A model generated the notes under the pieces. It worked only from the letters and a program-made list of their open reading frames with translations, was not told the DNA's origin and ran no database searches. Below, one piece after another: positions 34,401 through 47,300 of a stretch of DNA of 64,000 nt. The position numbers and the translations under genes are program-made. Source of the stretch: Phoronis australis (Eukaryota; Animalia; Phoronida); assembly GCA_002633005.1 (NCBI GenBank), contig NMRA01000204.1, forward strand, positions 514,272 to 578,271, given 5' to 3'. Position 1 is the stretch's first letter. Every line of letters begins with the position of its first letter.

Positions 34401-37400
34401 GACGAAAAAAAGGAAACTGGCAATCAAATAAAAGGAAACTGAAACCAAAAAAGAGGAAATCCTCTTAATAGAGGAAAAATTACAACCCCCACAGTTACAA
34501 TAAATGAGTATAAATAAGTGACACAAAATCCATTCTTGTTTTTCCTCTGATAACATTTCAGCCATAAACCCAAGTTGAAGCCTATGGTTACCACGTGTAC
34601 TCACTCCATCAGGCAGTTCATTTTCACTTGGGGAAGCTGGGGGAAGCCCCACCCCATCTTCGTCATTACCACTCAGCTGACGTTGTGTGGTATGGGACAA
34701 CATCAGAGATCCCCTGCAGGAGAAATGCAGAAAGATTCAACTATTGTACAGCCAACAAATGAAATTCCTACTAAAATTACTGGGTATTTCAATTAGTGTA
34801 TTTTGCATTATCCATAAATATCAATGAGACTATTATAAGATCTAATGACATAAGGTAAAAACATTTTATTCTCAACTCTAGTGTACATAATTAATTAACA
34901 TAGCCACTGTAATGTCAGTACAACACTTCACTTACTTATCATAAGGAAGGTGTTTGGAGTTAAAGCTGCCTCCAGGACTAAACTGGTGATTAGATACAGG
35001 AGCAAGAGGATATTCACTTCCATACATCTCTGTTGTGCTGTTAACAGGAATCTGAGAAAATGACAAAACCCGATTATGAAACACAATACACTAAATACCT
35101 GTAATACTTCCTTAGCACACTATATGTAACACTGTTTCAATGATATTTGGTGTTGACTCCCAACAATTTGAATCCCTTTCATGGTTAATTAGAGCAAAAT
35201 TACAAGTCTGTGTTAGATTATACAAAAGTGAATTTGGCATCTCATCAGTGGGTGAAGACTTCTCACTAAATTTTGCAAGTATTTCAAGATGAGGTGTTCC
35301 ATCAGGACTTCCTAGAAATACGATCTTTTTTACGTTTTTAGTATCCCAAATATAAGCCCCTCAGCTTATAAATGGAAAATATAGGAGTGAAATCAATATG
35401 TGCAGTTAAGGGTTAAGTTACCAACAGCACTGTTAGTTAAATTTATTTTGCAGATAAGCCATATGTGCTGAAATAAACGTCATGCTTTTCATATAAGTTA
35501 ACCTTAGTTTGGTTTAAACTTACTGACATTGTACAATTTGGGAAACCCACCATCACATAGAAATTTCCAATTTTAGCTTCAAAAATCCGACTATAGGCCT
35601 ATATGGGCCTACATTTGAGGGGACACTTTGTGGAAATTCCCAGTAAATAACAATCCAATTACACTATAAAATTCACAGCATATTTACCCTCGGTTCATTT
35701 TGAATGGACACAATACACTCTTCTTTTCCCCTCATGTAAGTTTTAAAGAACTTAAACCCTTTTGTGGCCCCAACTTGATACAACTCGTCCAAGAACACTT
35801 TCAGCTTCTTCTTCAGTCGTTGCTCTTCCTGAAGCAATTAAAATAATTATGATCTTAAACAGTCTAAATGTTTATTCTATAGATGTGATTTGAGCATTAT
35901 AAACGTCACGTGATATAAACACAAGGCTAGTGAGGTGTGGACTATAAGTACAAGTCACAAATACAAGGCTATCCAATAATAAGTTAGACTTTTATGATTT
36001 TCATGAAAAAATCAAGTTGCATAAAACAATTTATACGAAATGATCATTTAGAAAGCTGCAACAGCTTTTTTGAGATTTTGTCTTGGGCATCTTAGTGATA
36101 TCAAATGCAATTTGACAATAATATTGATATTGTTGTTTTGCCATCAATGTATTTTTGTTTCTTAAATTTAACCAAAAAGATATTGTGACTGTTAGAGTAT
36201 GATCTCATATCCGAGTGAGTGCATGTGTAGGAGTAGTTCAGAGAATTAAGTGTTACATAATACACCCCCAACATGAGGAATTGTAGTAAACATGTTTGTT
36301 CAGTATATCCTGTTATGATTCATGTATGTCACTATAAAAGTGTATGATCGCATGGATTGTAACAGACTCAGTAGTATCAGCAGAAGAGTATGTAATTAAA
36401 AACTTTTATCCTCCTTCAGACTAGTATTATCCTTGGACCGCGTTCTCGCACTGTGTCGCGCATTCAACGTTCCTAACCGAACAGAATGCCTTTCACTGCT
36501 AGCACATCAACAGGTTATGGGCCCAGCACGGCCAGCAGTTCCAGCACTAGCGTGAGTAGAGGTTCAGGAAGACTGAGTCGGCTATGTTTTGATGGAGATG
36601 AAAGAAGGTATGAACTGTGGGAAATTAAGTTTCTCGGACATTTGAAATCGCTAGATCTGAAAGCGACAATTGAATCCGACGCGGAAACCGTCGATGATGA
36701 GAAGAATGAAGAAGCATTCTGCGAACTAGTTCAATACTTGGACGACAGAAGTTTGAACTTAATAATTCGAGATGCGAGAAATGACGGCCGTGAGGCACTC
36801 AAGATTTTACGAGAACATTATACGGGGTGCAGTAAGCCACGAATAATTGGGCTATACAGCGAACTGACGGCACTAAAAATGGAAGCTAATGAGTCTGTGA
36901 CAGACTATCTAATCAGGGCAGAACGTGCCGCAACTTACCTGCGAACAGCGGAAGAGGTTATAAGTGATAGCCTGTTGATCGCAATGGCGATGAAGGGATT
37001 ACCAGACAAATTCGGACCCTTCATCGTTTATGTGTCTCAGAACACAGATAAAATAACGTTTGGAGACTTCAAAGTGAAGTTAAAGTCTTTTGAAGAAAAT
37101 GAAAATGCGAGACAAACAGAAGACTCCGTAATGAGGTCGGCGACCTACCGACAGAAGAAACCAGTGGAATGTTGGACGTGCGGTCGAAAAGGACATAAAG
37201 CACAAGATTGCAGAACTAAAAGAAGATGGTGCAGACTGTGTAAAAACAGCTCCCACAATTTCGAGGATTGCCGAAGAAGGAAAGGCACAAGTAAAGCCCA
37301 CAAAGCAGCTGAGGAACAAGACCAGCAGGGAAGTAGATTTAATGATTTCAGTTTTAAGGTTAGCGATGATAGGTTTAAACATGATCAGATGTTAGTAAAC

Positions 37401-40400
37401 AAACTGTTAGTTGATACTGGGGCAACATCCCATATTGTTACAGACAGGTCTAAGTTTAAATGTTTTGATGAGAAATTTGATCCGTCTAGTCACTGCATAG
37501 AATTGGCAGATGGGACTAGGACAACTGGTATAGCTCAGGCACGTGGTGATGTTGACATTAGGCTAATAGACAGTGAGGGCAATGTCATCTGTTCCACATT
37601 GACAAATGTTTTGTACATACCAAGCTATCCACAGGAAATATTCTCTGTCCAGGCTGCTGTTGCTAATGGAGCTTCAGTGATTTTTGATTCAGAAAATGCA
37701 AAATTAATTGCTCGTGAAGGGACAGAATTCGAAATTGAAAAACGTGGAAAATTGTATTATTTGGATTATTTGGATGTATTGGCTTCTGACACAGCAAATA
37801 AAGTCAGAGAGCATGACCTGTGTACATGGCACAAAATTTTTGGCCATTGTAACAATGATGACGTATTGAGATTAGAAACCGTTGTTAGAGGTATGAAAAT
37901 TACTGACAAGGCTAAGGTGGATTGTGACGTTTGTACTCTGGGGAAAATGACTAATACTAGGAATAGGAATCCAGATGCCCGCAGTACGAAAGCATTAGAA
38001 TTCGTTCATTGTGATTTGGCAGGACCGATTGATCCCATATCCAAAGATGGATTTAGATATGCAATATCCTTCGTTGATGATTTTAGTGGGGTGAATATGG
38101 TATATTTTATGAAACAGAAGTCAGACACAGTCAAGGCCACAAAACGTTTTATAGCAGACTGTGCACCCTATGGAGAAGTGAAGCATATTCGTACCGACAA
38201 TGGTACAGAATTTACATCGAGCGAATTTCAGGAGCTCATGTTGAGCCACAGTATTAAACACGAAAAGTCGGCCCCCTATTCCCCACACCAAAATGGGACA
38301 GTTGAACGAGGGTGGCGCACTTTATTTGAAATGGCCAGATGTTTGTTGATAAATGCCAATTTGCCAAAAAGATTTTGGACTTATGCGGTTATGTCTGCTG
38401 CATATATTAGAAACAGATGTTTGAACTCAAATATTAAGAAAACCCCAGTGGAAGGGTTCACTGGACGACAACCCGATGTAAGCAACATGCATATTTTCGG
38501 AAGCGTGTGTTATGCATATGATAATGACCCCAAGAGGAAGAAACTTGATGCAAAAAGCATAAGGGGTATTTTTGTTGGATATGACAGGGGGAGTCCCGCA
38601 TATCTTGTTTATGATCCTGAGAGTGACAGAATTCTCAGAAGTCGGTTAGTAAAATTCCCTGATAATTTTGATTTGTCAGATGCCACACCAAATGAGTGTG
38701 ATGATGAATTGGTGAGATTGCCAAAAATGAATCCTGAAACTAAGGAAGAGAAAAATGGCGAAATTAAGACTGAACCCAGTCAAATAAAGAATGAGTCAAA
38801 TGAGAATAATGACGCAACTGAGGGTGGTCAAAGAAGATATCCTCTCAGAGAAAGAAGACCCCCAAGTTATTTGAATGATTATGTGGCCGGAAATATTGAT
38901 TATTGCAACAAAATTATGGGAATTCCTCAAACGTATGAGGAGGCAATGATTTCAAATGAATCAGAATTTTGGGAAAAGGCCATGAATGACGAAATGGACT
39001 CATTAAGGGAGAATGATACATTTACATTGACCAAACTGCCTGAGGGACGCAATGATGTTGTTGGCGGCAGATGGGTGTTTGCCATTAAGGAAGATAGCAA
39101 GGGAAATATAACTTACAAGGCGAGATTTGTGGCAAAAGGCTACAGCCAAATTCCTGGAAGAGATTACTATGATACATATGCTCCAACTGTGAAATTGAGT
39201 ACTATTAGGGCAGTAATTCAATTAGCTGCTGAGAACGACTTACATGTACACCAAATGGATGAGAAAACGGCCTATTTAAATGCACCGATTGATTGTGAAA
39301 TTTATATGACAAAACCACAAGGTTTCGAGGAATTATCAGAAACTGGTGAAAAACTTGTGTGGAAACTTAACAAGTCACTGTATGGCTTGAAGCAAAGTGG
39401 CCGGAATTGGAATTACGTTCTCAGAAATTATCTTATTGAGATGGGGTATAAACAGAACGAAGTTGACTCGTGTATGTTTACTAGTTGTGATCCAAAGGGA
39501 TCCATGACATTGCTGTTGATTTGGGACGATGATATAATAATCGTGGCAAGTGATGAGGTTTTACTCAGAAATACCAAGCAGATGTTATGTAATAAGTTCA
39601 AGATGAAAGATCTTGGTAAAATTGCCTATTTTCTTGGAATAGAGTTTGAGCATAAACAAGGCGAAATTGATATGAGTCAGAAGAAGTATTTGAGAAAACT
39701 GTTAGATAAATTTGGGATGACAGATTGTAAACCCAGATTGACTCCTTGTGAACAAGATGTTACTCAAGCGTGCAATGACGTAGCAGTAGTAGACAAAACA
39801 ATGTATCGTGAAATAGTGGGAAGTTTGATTTATGCAATGACGTGTACAAGACCAGACTTATGTTTTGTTGTGACAAAATTATCTCAGAAACTGTCAGAGC
39901 CAATTGAGGCTGACATGATTAAATTGAAACAGGTGTTACGCTATTTGAAAGGAACTATGGATTATTCACTCAGATTTAGAAAGTCTGAAAATGGTTTGAG
40001 AATTATTGGTTTTAGTGATGCAGATTGGGGATCATCTGATGACAGACACAGNNNNNNNNNNNNNNNNNNNNNNNNNNNNNNNNNNNNNNNNNNNNNNNNN
40101 NNNNNNNNNNNNNNNNNNNNNNNNNNNNNNNNNNNNNNNNNNNNNNNNNNNNNNNNNNNNNNNNNNNNNNNNNNNNNNNNNNNNNNNNNNNNNNNNNNNN
40201 NNNNNNNNNNNNNNNNNNNNNNNNNNNNNNNNNNNNNNNNNNNNNNNNNNNNNNNNNNNNNNNNNNNNNNNNNNNNNNNNNNNNNNNNNNNNNNNNNNNN
40301 NNNNNNNNNNNNNNNNNNNNNNNNNNNNNNNNNNNNNNNNNNNNNNNNNNNNNNNNNNNNNNNNNNNNNNNNNNNNNNNNNNNNNNNNNNNNNNNNNNNN

Positions 40401-41180
40401 NNNNNNNNNNNNNNNNNNNNNNNNNNNNNNNNNNNNNNNNNNNNNNNNNNNNNNNNNNNNNNAAACAGATACATTGCATAAACAAACCCTGGATCATGTT
40501 TTGTGTCCCGTCGGAAGAAAATTTAAATTCGAAAACATCTTCTGAAAACGCACAAAAAAGTGTATTAGTAAAATCTACTGATTTTTAAGTGGTTTTAAAA
40601 AACAATCGGTAAACTCACCGATTTTTGTCTCATTACTTTGATACGTGTCTCTTCCGATAAGTTAGTACCTAACGTGCAGACGAGCACTCCAAATTGGAAC
40701 GCTAAGTCCCGCGTGGTTGCGCTGCACGCGAAACAAGATGGCGGACGACCTTTGGAGCCTGACGACAATAGGTAACCGGACTATATTATCCTTGGACCGC
40801 GTTCTCGCACTGTGTCGCGCATTCAACGTTCCTAACCGAACAGAATGCCTTTCACTGCTAGCACATCAACAGTGACTGTGGAGACAATTTAGTCAACAAA
40901 ATTTGAACATATCCAAGAAAAACACGTAGCCGTCAGCTGACTCCGTACAGACTGTAGCAGAGCCAGCAGCCAGGGGCAGGGGTAGTGCAGCACTTGGAGC
41001 CTGTGAAGACAGTAACATCAGGTGTCCCAGTCCAACTCATTAAGTAATAGTCTTAATGGCTTCCACATCCTGATTATATTGCCAATCAAGTAGTGTTGTT
41101 TTTAAGGAAGGCTACCGAGACAATAAACATTTCTTAACTGATGATTACAGAAATCAAACAACACAAACCTCAGCCGCCAT
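31428..41180 (-). CDS. Uncharacterised conserved-looking protein, 300 aa; exons 41180-41169, 35828-35688, 35051-34936, 34713-34605, 33355-33184, 32257-32060, 31582-31428
   Basis: All GT-AG with consistent phases; 903 nt open: MAAEEEQRLKKKLKVFLDEL...GFKFFKTYMRGKEE...TIFLLAGYARYNCPYAWVRSNH...NPFEVDFEYFDSL...; 12-nt first exon inferred from ATG context plus donor. Confidence 0.8.
36486..40051 (+). CDS. Copia gag-pol polyprotein (Gag, two CCHC knuckles, protease, integrase, RT, start of RNase H), cut by N gap
   Basis: CWTCGRKGHKAQDC and CRLCKNSSHNFEDC; LVDTGA; H..FGH...C..C; HCDL/TDNG/VER DDE; KARFVAKGY, LYGLKQS; FSDADWG; INT-before-RT order is diagnostic of copia. Confidence 0.95.
36513..36526 (+). 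promoter_or_regulatory. Primer-binding site complementary to the anticodon-stem region of initiator tRNA-Met (half-tRNA priming)
   Basis: GGTTATGGGCCCAG directly after the LTR-terminal CA. Confidence 0.85.
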
Positions 41181-41395
41181 TTCTATATTTTTGATTAAAA
41201 AAGTTAACTCGTATTAAAAATATATATATATCTGTAGTCATAATCACAAGAGTATTGATTTAAGCTTTAATTAAAATGTTTTAACGCATTTTATTTTCAT
41301 TTTTGGTGCAATTTATATTAGCCAAAAGAATGTAAAAAACTCAAAACCCACAATAAATACCAAATTAAACCTGTAATTTAGCACATAACTCCAAA
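41181..41395. promoter_or_regulatory. Bidirectional promoter region, uncharacterised gene/INTS4
   Basis: Divergent ATGs 215 bp apart, both in AAATGGC (YY1-like) context. Confidence 0.65.
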
Positions 41396-44300
41396 ATGGC
41401 TGCCTTGCTTAAGAAACGCGCACTTGCAGAGTTCAGTCAAGTTATACAGGTTTCTGTTGTAAAACTTATTGTTTTCTTTCGCACTTTTGTGACAGATCTG
41501 AGAATTTTTTGCTGGTTTTGTTCCAGAAGCCTCAGTTCTAGTGCCTTCGGTCCAGTGGAGTTGCGGTTTAAACGAGCTGAAATTGACCATTCAGACATTC
41601 TCATTCCCCATAACTGCATAACATAACTGACGGGTGTTTTGACGTTAAGCCACACACAGCTAGAGAGCTGACTAGTGCAAACCATGTCTGTGGAGTCTTT
41701 ACTAGGAATAATGAAATGTCTTTTTGAGGCAACCTCTCTCTGGATATTGACCCCTTAACATCTAGGCGTGGGATTTAATTTCTGTACTTGAAATTCGACG
41801 AAAAAATTGACCTATGACAATTACATGTCACGCTTCAAGTAGATTTACAAAGTTGTATTGTAATCATGCAGCATGGTTGTTAGAATTTTGAGCCTGAGTA
41901 GAGTCTGAGTTTTTTATGAAAATCAAGATTCTGTACCATGGTGACACTTTACTGTGGAACTCAGGGTGCTCAGCTAATGGTTTTCCCAGAGTTACCTGCT
42001 ACCTCGAGACAAAGGCGGATTTAGGAGGGCCTAGGCCCCATTATGAATGTGACTAAAAAATGCCACCAGCATACCATTTAAAGGTTTTAAACAGGCATTT
42101 GTTTCTCCAAGATTGGATGTCACCCCTTGTGACATTCTATATACACCAGTCAGAGAACATTAGCACTTCACAACTTTTCCAACCATACTTCAGTCATCGC
42201 AGTTAGATTTCATTCTTGTATATATTTTGTACAATGCTCATATTTTTCAGGAGGAGCCGATTCCATTGAAAAGGTTACGACTTGTTCAGCAGCCACAGTG
42301 GCATGATATATTGAGTCTTCCTACAACTGCCACTGGACAGCAGGTGTTGAACTGTCTGACTGAGTTTGAGAAGCGACTTCCAGTTGGCGGAGAAAGCAGA
42401 GAGCACAATATACGCATATTGATAGACCAGCTTTACAAAGAACGGGATTCTGGGATACGTGTCAAGATTGTATCTCTCATTGGTAAACTGGTGAAGATTC
42501 CATCCCAGAATAACGAAATGCTGATCGATGACATTTCATCTTTGATAAAAACTGAAGGTGTGTTTTAAAGTTTAGATTTTACTTGTTAGATTGTGACCCC
42601 AGATGTAATGTGTAAACATACCATAGGTTACCGAATTGTTAACTAGATTTTACAATTTTAACTCCTTTTGTGTTTTCTGGTACTGTAGCAACCCAACACT
42701 TTTTCATGATGTGTTGAAAACATTTGTATATCGCCTATGTCTGTCTTTTTTCGAGGTATATTTGAAGGTTGTTGCATTTATTTAAAGCTATGTTGTGCAC
42801 TGCTTCAATGGTCAAAAATGGCCAACTTCAAAGGAAGATAAAGTAAGAATTATGTAAAAATATCACCTGTGAGCTCTGTTCTGACCACTGTTAAACTGTA
42901 CAGAAGTGGAGGTGTTAAGATGCCTGATATCGCAACTTGAGTTCTTACGGTGCGTTGCAAAATTAAATTGAAATAATTGGCACTCATCATTGTGTGAACA
43001 GAATGTCCTAAATAGTCATGTTATTGAAGCTGTGCTAAATATAACTTCTATTGTTTTGTTCCAGACTCTAACAAAGTGTTATCACAGCTGGTTGAGACGT
43101 TGATGGTGATCGGGATATCACAGCCACTGTCTANCCTCAGCTCGCATTTCCAAATTTCAGGTCGCAAATGCGACCTGCAGCTCGTTATGTCGAGCCCTGA
43201 CTTCTATTGTTTTGTTCCAGACTCTAACAAAGTGTTATCACAGCTGGTTGAGACGTTGATGGTGATCGGGATATCACAGCCACTGTCTACCAAATTACAT
43301 CACAATGTTTTACAGCAGGCAAACTTGGTAGGGTAGTGTTAATGTTGATTCATTAATTTTGTTAGACTGTACACAATACTTATTAGTGAACAACATTAAA
43401 GGGGAGACATGATAATAAATATAAGACACCGTGAGGTAAAACGGTAATACATGAGGGTGAGAAAAATGAAAATGAAATGTGCACAGGCTGGATAGGACCA
43501 AAAAGCAAGACGCTTATTTCCTTGGTGGTGGCTTATATGTTAAAATGATGATTTGATGGAAAAATGCAGTGTTATTGTAGCATTTTGAAAAGTTAGCCGT
43601 GCTACTCAACTAAAAGTTATTGGCACAAGTAATGTGCAAATAAAGATTCATAAAGATGTGTGCATGCCAGGAATAGTAGCTATAATAAATAAATCATGTT
43701 TAAAAACAATTCAAACTGAGAAATAGACAGAAATACATAATATACTACTGTTTGGTACTTTGTGTAAAATGATTTTCATTTTTTTCCTGAATGATAAATA
43801 ATTGGAATCATTGTGAACTACAAACTGTTGTTGGTTCAAAAGGAGGGGACTAGAAAAATATAAGGCCTTTTCACCTGACTTTTACCCGTGACAACCAATT
43901 TATAGATTTAAGATTACCTTGTATGATAAGAATAGGGTAAAAAGGATTCTGGATGATTACTGTGTTCACACAACCATGTGCAGAAATTTTTTGATCTTAT
44001 GGGAATTTTAGCTACGCTATTTTTTGTTGTTTTAAACCAATCACTTTATTTGCTTACATAGTGGATTCTTTTATTTGTGACCAAGATCTCTGGTTTACAT
44101 GCCTGCAGTGCAACTGGAAGATATTTTGACCTCATGTTTATCAGTTGACATTTCTGGTTAGAGCTATAATTCTGTGCCAAAAACTTGATGATGATGAAAT
44201 AAAGAAACACCTGGATTAATGATTCTGTAATCACGGCCTGATTATCATTCTACACTAGAATATTTTCCGGGCTGGAAAAACAAGATTCAGTTTATTTATT

Positions 44301-47300
44301 TTGAACGATTTCACATGCTTATGTGGAAAGTTTGACTGTGTTGAAAACTTCTATCCGTTCTGTTTTTTGCTCAGTTATTGCGGAATCCCAGCCATCTAGT
44401 TCGTGTAAAATGCCTGGAGCTGATTGGATGCTTGGGTCAGCCCAACCAGTTACTGTCAGACACTGTGCATTCGGAAGGTAGACTCAAAGTTACAGCGGTG
44501 CTGGCCACATACTCGTCTGATCCAGATCCACGTGTACGCAGTACGGCCCTGCAAGCTATGGTAGGTGGTGCTTCTCTTTGTTGTTTTGCAGTCTATAACT
44601 CACAGTCCATAATTGTTACAATGACAGCTGTAGAAAAATATTGCCTCCTGGATGTTGTGTAATATTTTAATTGTTGCTCATCAACTGACTTGATTTCTGA
44701 CTGATTTGCTTCTCTTGTTTTCTTTTAACTTAAATATATGTAAATTCATTAAAAGATTGCATTGCTTTTATGTTTGGCGTTAGGGTAATCTGCTTTCCAT
44801 AAATGCTATGAAGTATGAAGAATCCGCCAATAGTTTACAGATAAATTTAAAAGCAGACAGTACCAATCGGTAAATTGCAGGGGAATGGCTTATGTTCACG
44901 AGATGTGTCCGAAGCAGTTGGCATTGAAGACCTGGGTCATTCACGTAGTCTTCAAGGTATTGTTAGTAATATTTGACTGGGGGTTGTCACCAGTTGATTA
45001 GTTTTATCTCCTGTTTTCAGATCAATCTTCATGAACGAGGACACAACATAGAGTGCAGTATATATGACCAAGCATGCAGCGCCCTCTGTGATGATCATGA
45101 GTGTGTACGACTGAGTGCTGTCAAACTAGTTTGGTTGCTTAGCAACCTATTTCCAGAAAAGTAAGATTTATTAGTGCTGAATTGCATTTGCATTTTAGAC
45201 TGTATTCAAGTGGTATTCACTTTGTTCTATGACTTTTGGTAAGATAAGCGTATTAAAAATGGACATTTTGGACACAAGTTAAAACAAGCATTAAATGAAA
45301 ACATTGTATGATCGCATACTCAGGTCTCACTGATGTTCTTTTTAATTTGTATCAGTTAGTGTACAGTAAGGTTTACAGGTTATTAAATGCATAACGTGGC
45401 TATTTTTATCATATTCACTGTACTGAAGCATTGTGCTTAGAACCACACAGAGATAAATGCTAACTTGTTGCTTGCCATAGACCCTATTCACGCCGACAGG
45501 AGGCGCGTTCCAAAATGAGGCTCGCTACGATAGCTCTGGTGGCTTATCCGCGGAGTTGTATTACGCGTTGCTCGAACAGCTAGAAAAAATACGGACACTC
45601 TGTTTTACAATCCCTAAAGACGTTGGGATTCGGAAGCGTTGGGTCCTTGCCATACGCCGCGACGAAGGAAAATATGTCCGTGTAAAATTATTAACTGTTT
45701 TCGAATCATAATTTGTCGCATCTCGGACTGGATGCCGCCATAGCAACGATCGAGGACCGGAGAATCTTCGGCCACTATGGTTGAAGCGCGATGCATTTTT
45801 CTTTACAAAAAGGACAGGGCTCTCAATCCCTCAATTTTGGGGCCAAATATTGGCCCTATTCCCCTCTCAAAAATATTGGAAAATCACGCGAAATTCCCGG
45901 CCACGAGGCCTAAAAATCCCGTTTGTGATTGAAAATTTCTCTCCAACGGTTCAAATCACCTGTGACCACAGAGGTGACAATTTGAAAAAATACAAAATCA
46001 TAGGCGGATTTAGGGGGGGGGCAGTGGCTCGCCCCCCCCCCTTGACTGCCGCAAGCAAAATAAACCAGCAAAACGTGAAGAGGGAGGAAACTTGTACTGA
46101 GTTGGAGCTAGGACCGGTAGCGGACGAGGGGGAAAACACGTTCCTTTTATTTTTTTAGTCCAACGACAGATTTCCTGAGCAGAAGGCAAACATCCTCGGC
46201 GCCCGCAACTTCCGGGCCGCTTGCGTGCATACAATCGCGCTTTGCCCGCTTCTCCGAGGATGTCGCCCCCGGCCCCCCTCACTATAGGCCTATATGGTAT
46301 CCTAGATCAGCCACTGAAAATGCTACTTGAGACAGAGCTATGAGAGCTTGCAAAAGGGCCGGGTGCTATTGATGGTGATCGGGAGGTCAGTAGAATTTTC
46401 ACTGATCCGTCACTCGGCGAAACGTTCCCCTCTCAGTCGGAAGGCCGCACACACATGAGGGCACCTTTCCCCTCGGATATGAACGAGGTCTCTGAAGAAA
46501 CATGATATCTATGCTTGTTCCAGGAGGGATCCAGGACTTTGAGTTGGGGGGGGGGGTGGGCAAGGCAGAGTATTAGCCAGGATTTTGCCCGTCAGAAATT
46601 CGCACTCCTGAACTGCCAAATGGAATCTGGGAGAATTTTAGGTGAGGGGGGCTGGGGCATAGCCTCTTGGTTCCCCTCTAAATCCGCCACTGTGTTCTAT
46701 CCAGTTAAGTGAAATTGAGCTCTAAAACGAGGTTATGCTTTGGATGAAAGAATTACTGGTGTTTTAATTTTAAAATTCAACTTGATCGAGATTGATATTT
46801 GAAAAATGTAAAACATGAAATAGACGTAATTATTAAAACCAAGAAAGCAGAATTGATGGTCATATAATTTTTATTTTCAATTGCGAGCCTAGTTTTTTTA
46901 TCGTAATCAAAATATATATTTAATAACATCAAGTATTATTTCAGATCAATGACAAATCAACTGTAAGTCCCGGTAGTGCCTACCTCACCAGGACCTAGGC
47001 TGTGCTTGAAGCTAATAGGCCTACTCTTGATCAACAAATTAAACCAGATGAGACTAATTGCACATGACAGCAAAACTCTATGAGCCACCACTGTCGAATA
47101 TATCTTCAACTCGTCAACAATACGACCAGATGACCTGGTTCGTGTAGAAAGCATTTTTATCAAGAATTTATTAGAAGAAACGTAACCCTGCATTCAGCAT
47201 GATACCTAATCCGTAACACTACGATCGCCGCAATTTGGTCATGTTTACTTTTCATGTTTCGAACCAAGTTTTCCGGAAAAAAACCTATATCCTTTCATCA

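Larger units (their letters stand above)
36190..40871 (+). mobile_element. Ty1/copia LTR retrotransposon in intron 1 of the uncharacterised gene, antisense to it
   Basis: TG...CA ends; 5-bp TSD GTGAC (36185-89, 40872-76); 5'LTR 36190-36512; last ~88 bp repeated at 40784-40871; PBS GGTTATGGGCCCAG. Confidence 0.95.

Noticed and set aside
39962-40545. ORFs spanning N runs (also 61366-61779)
   Set aside because: Artefacts of translating assembly gaps
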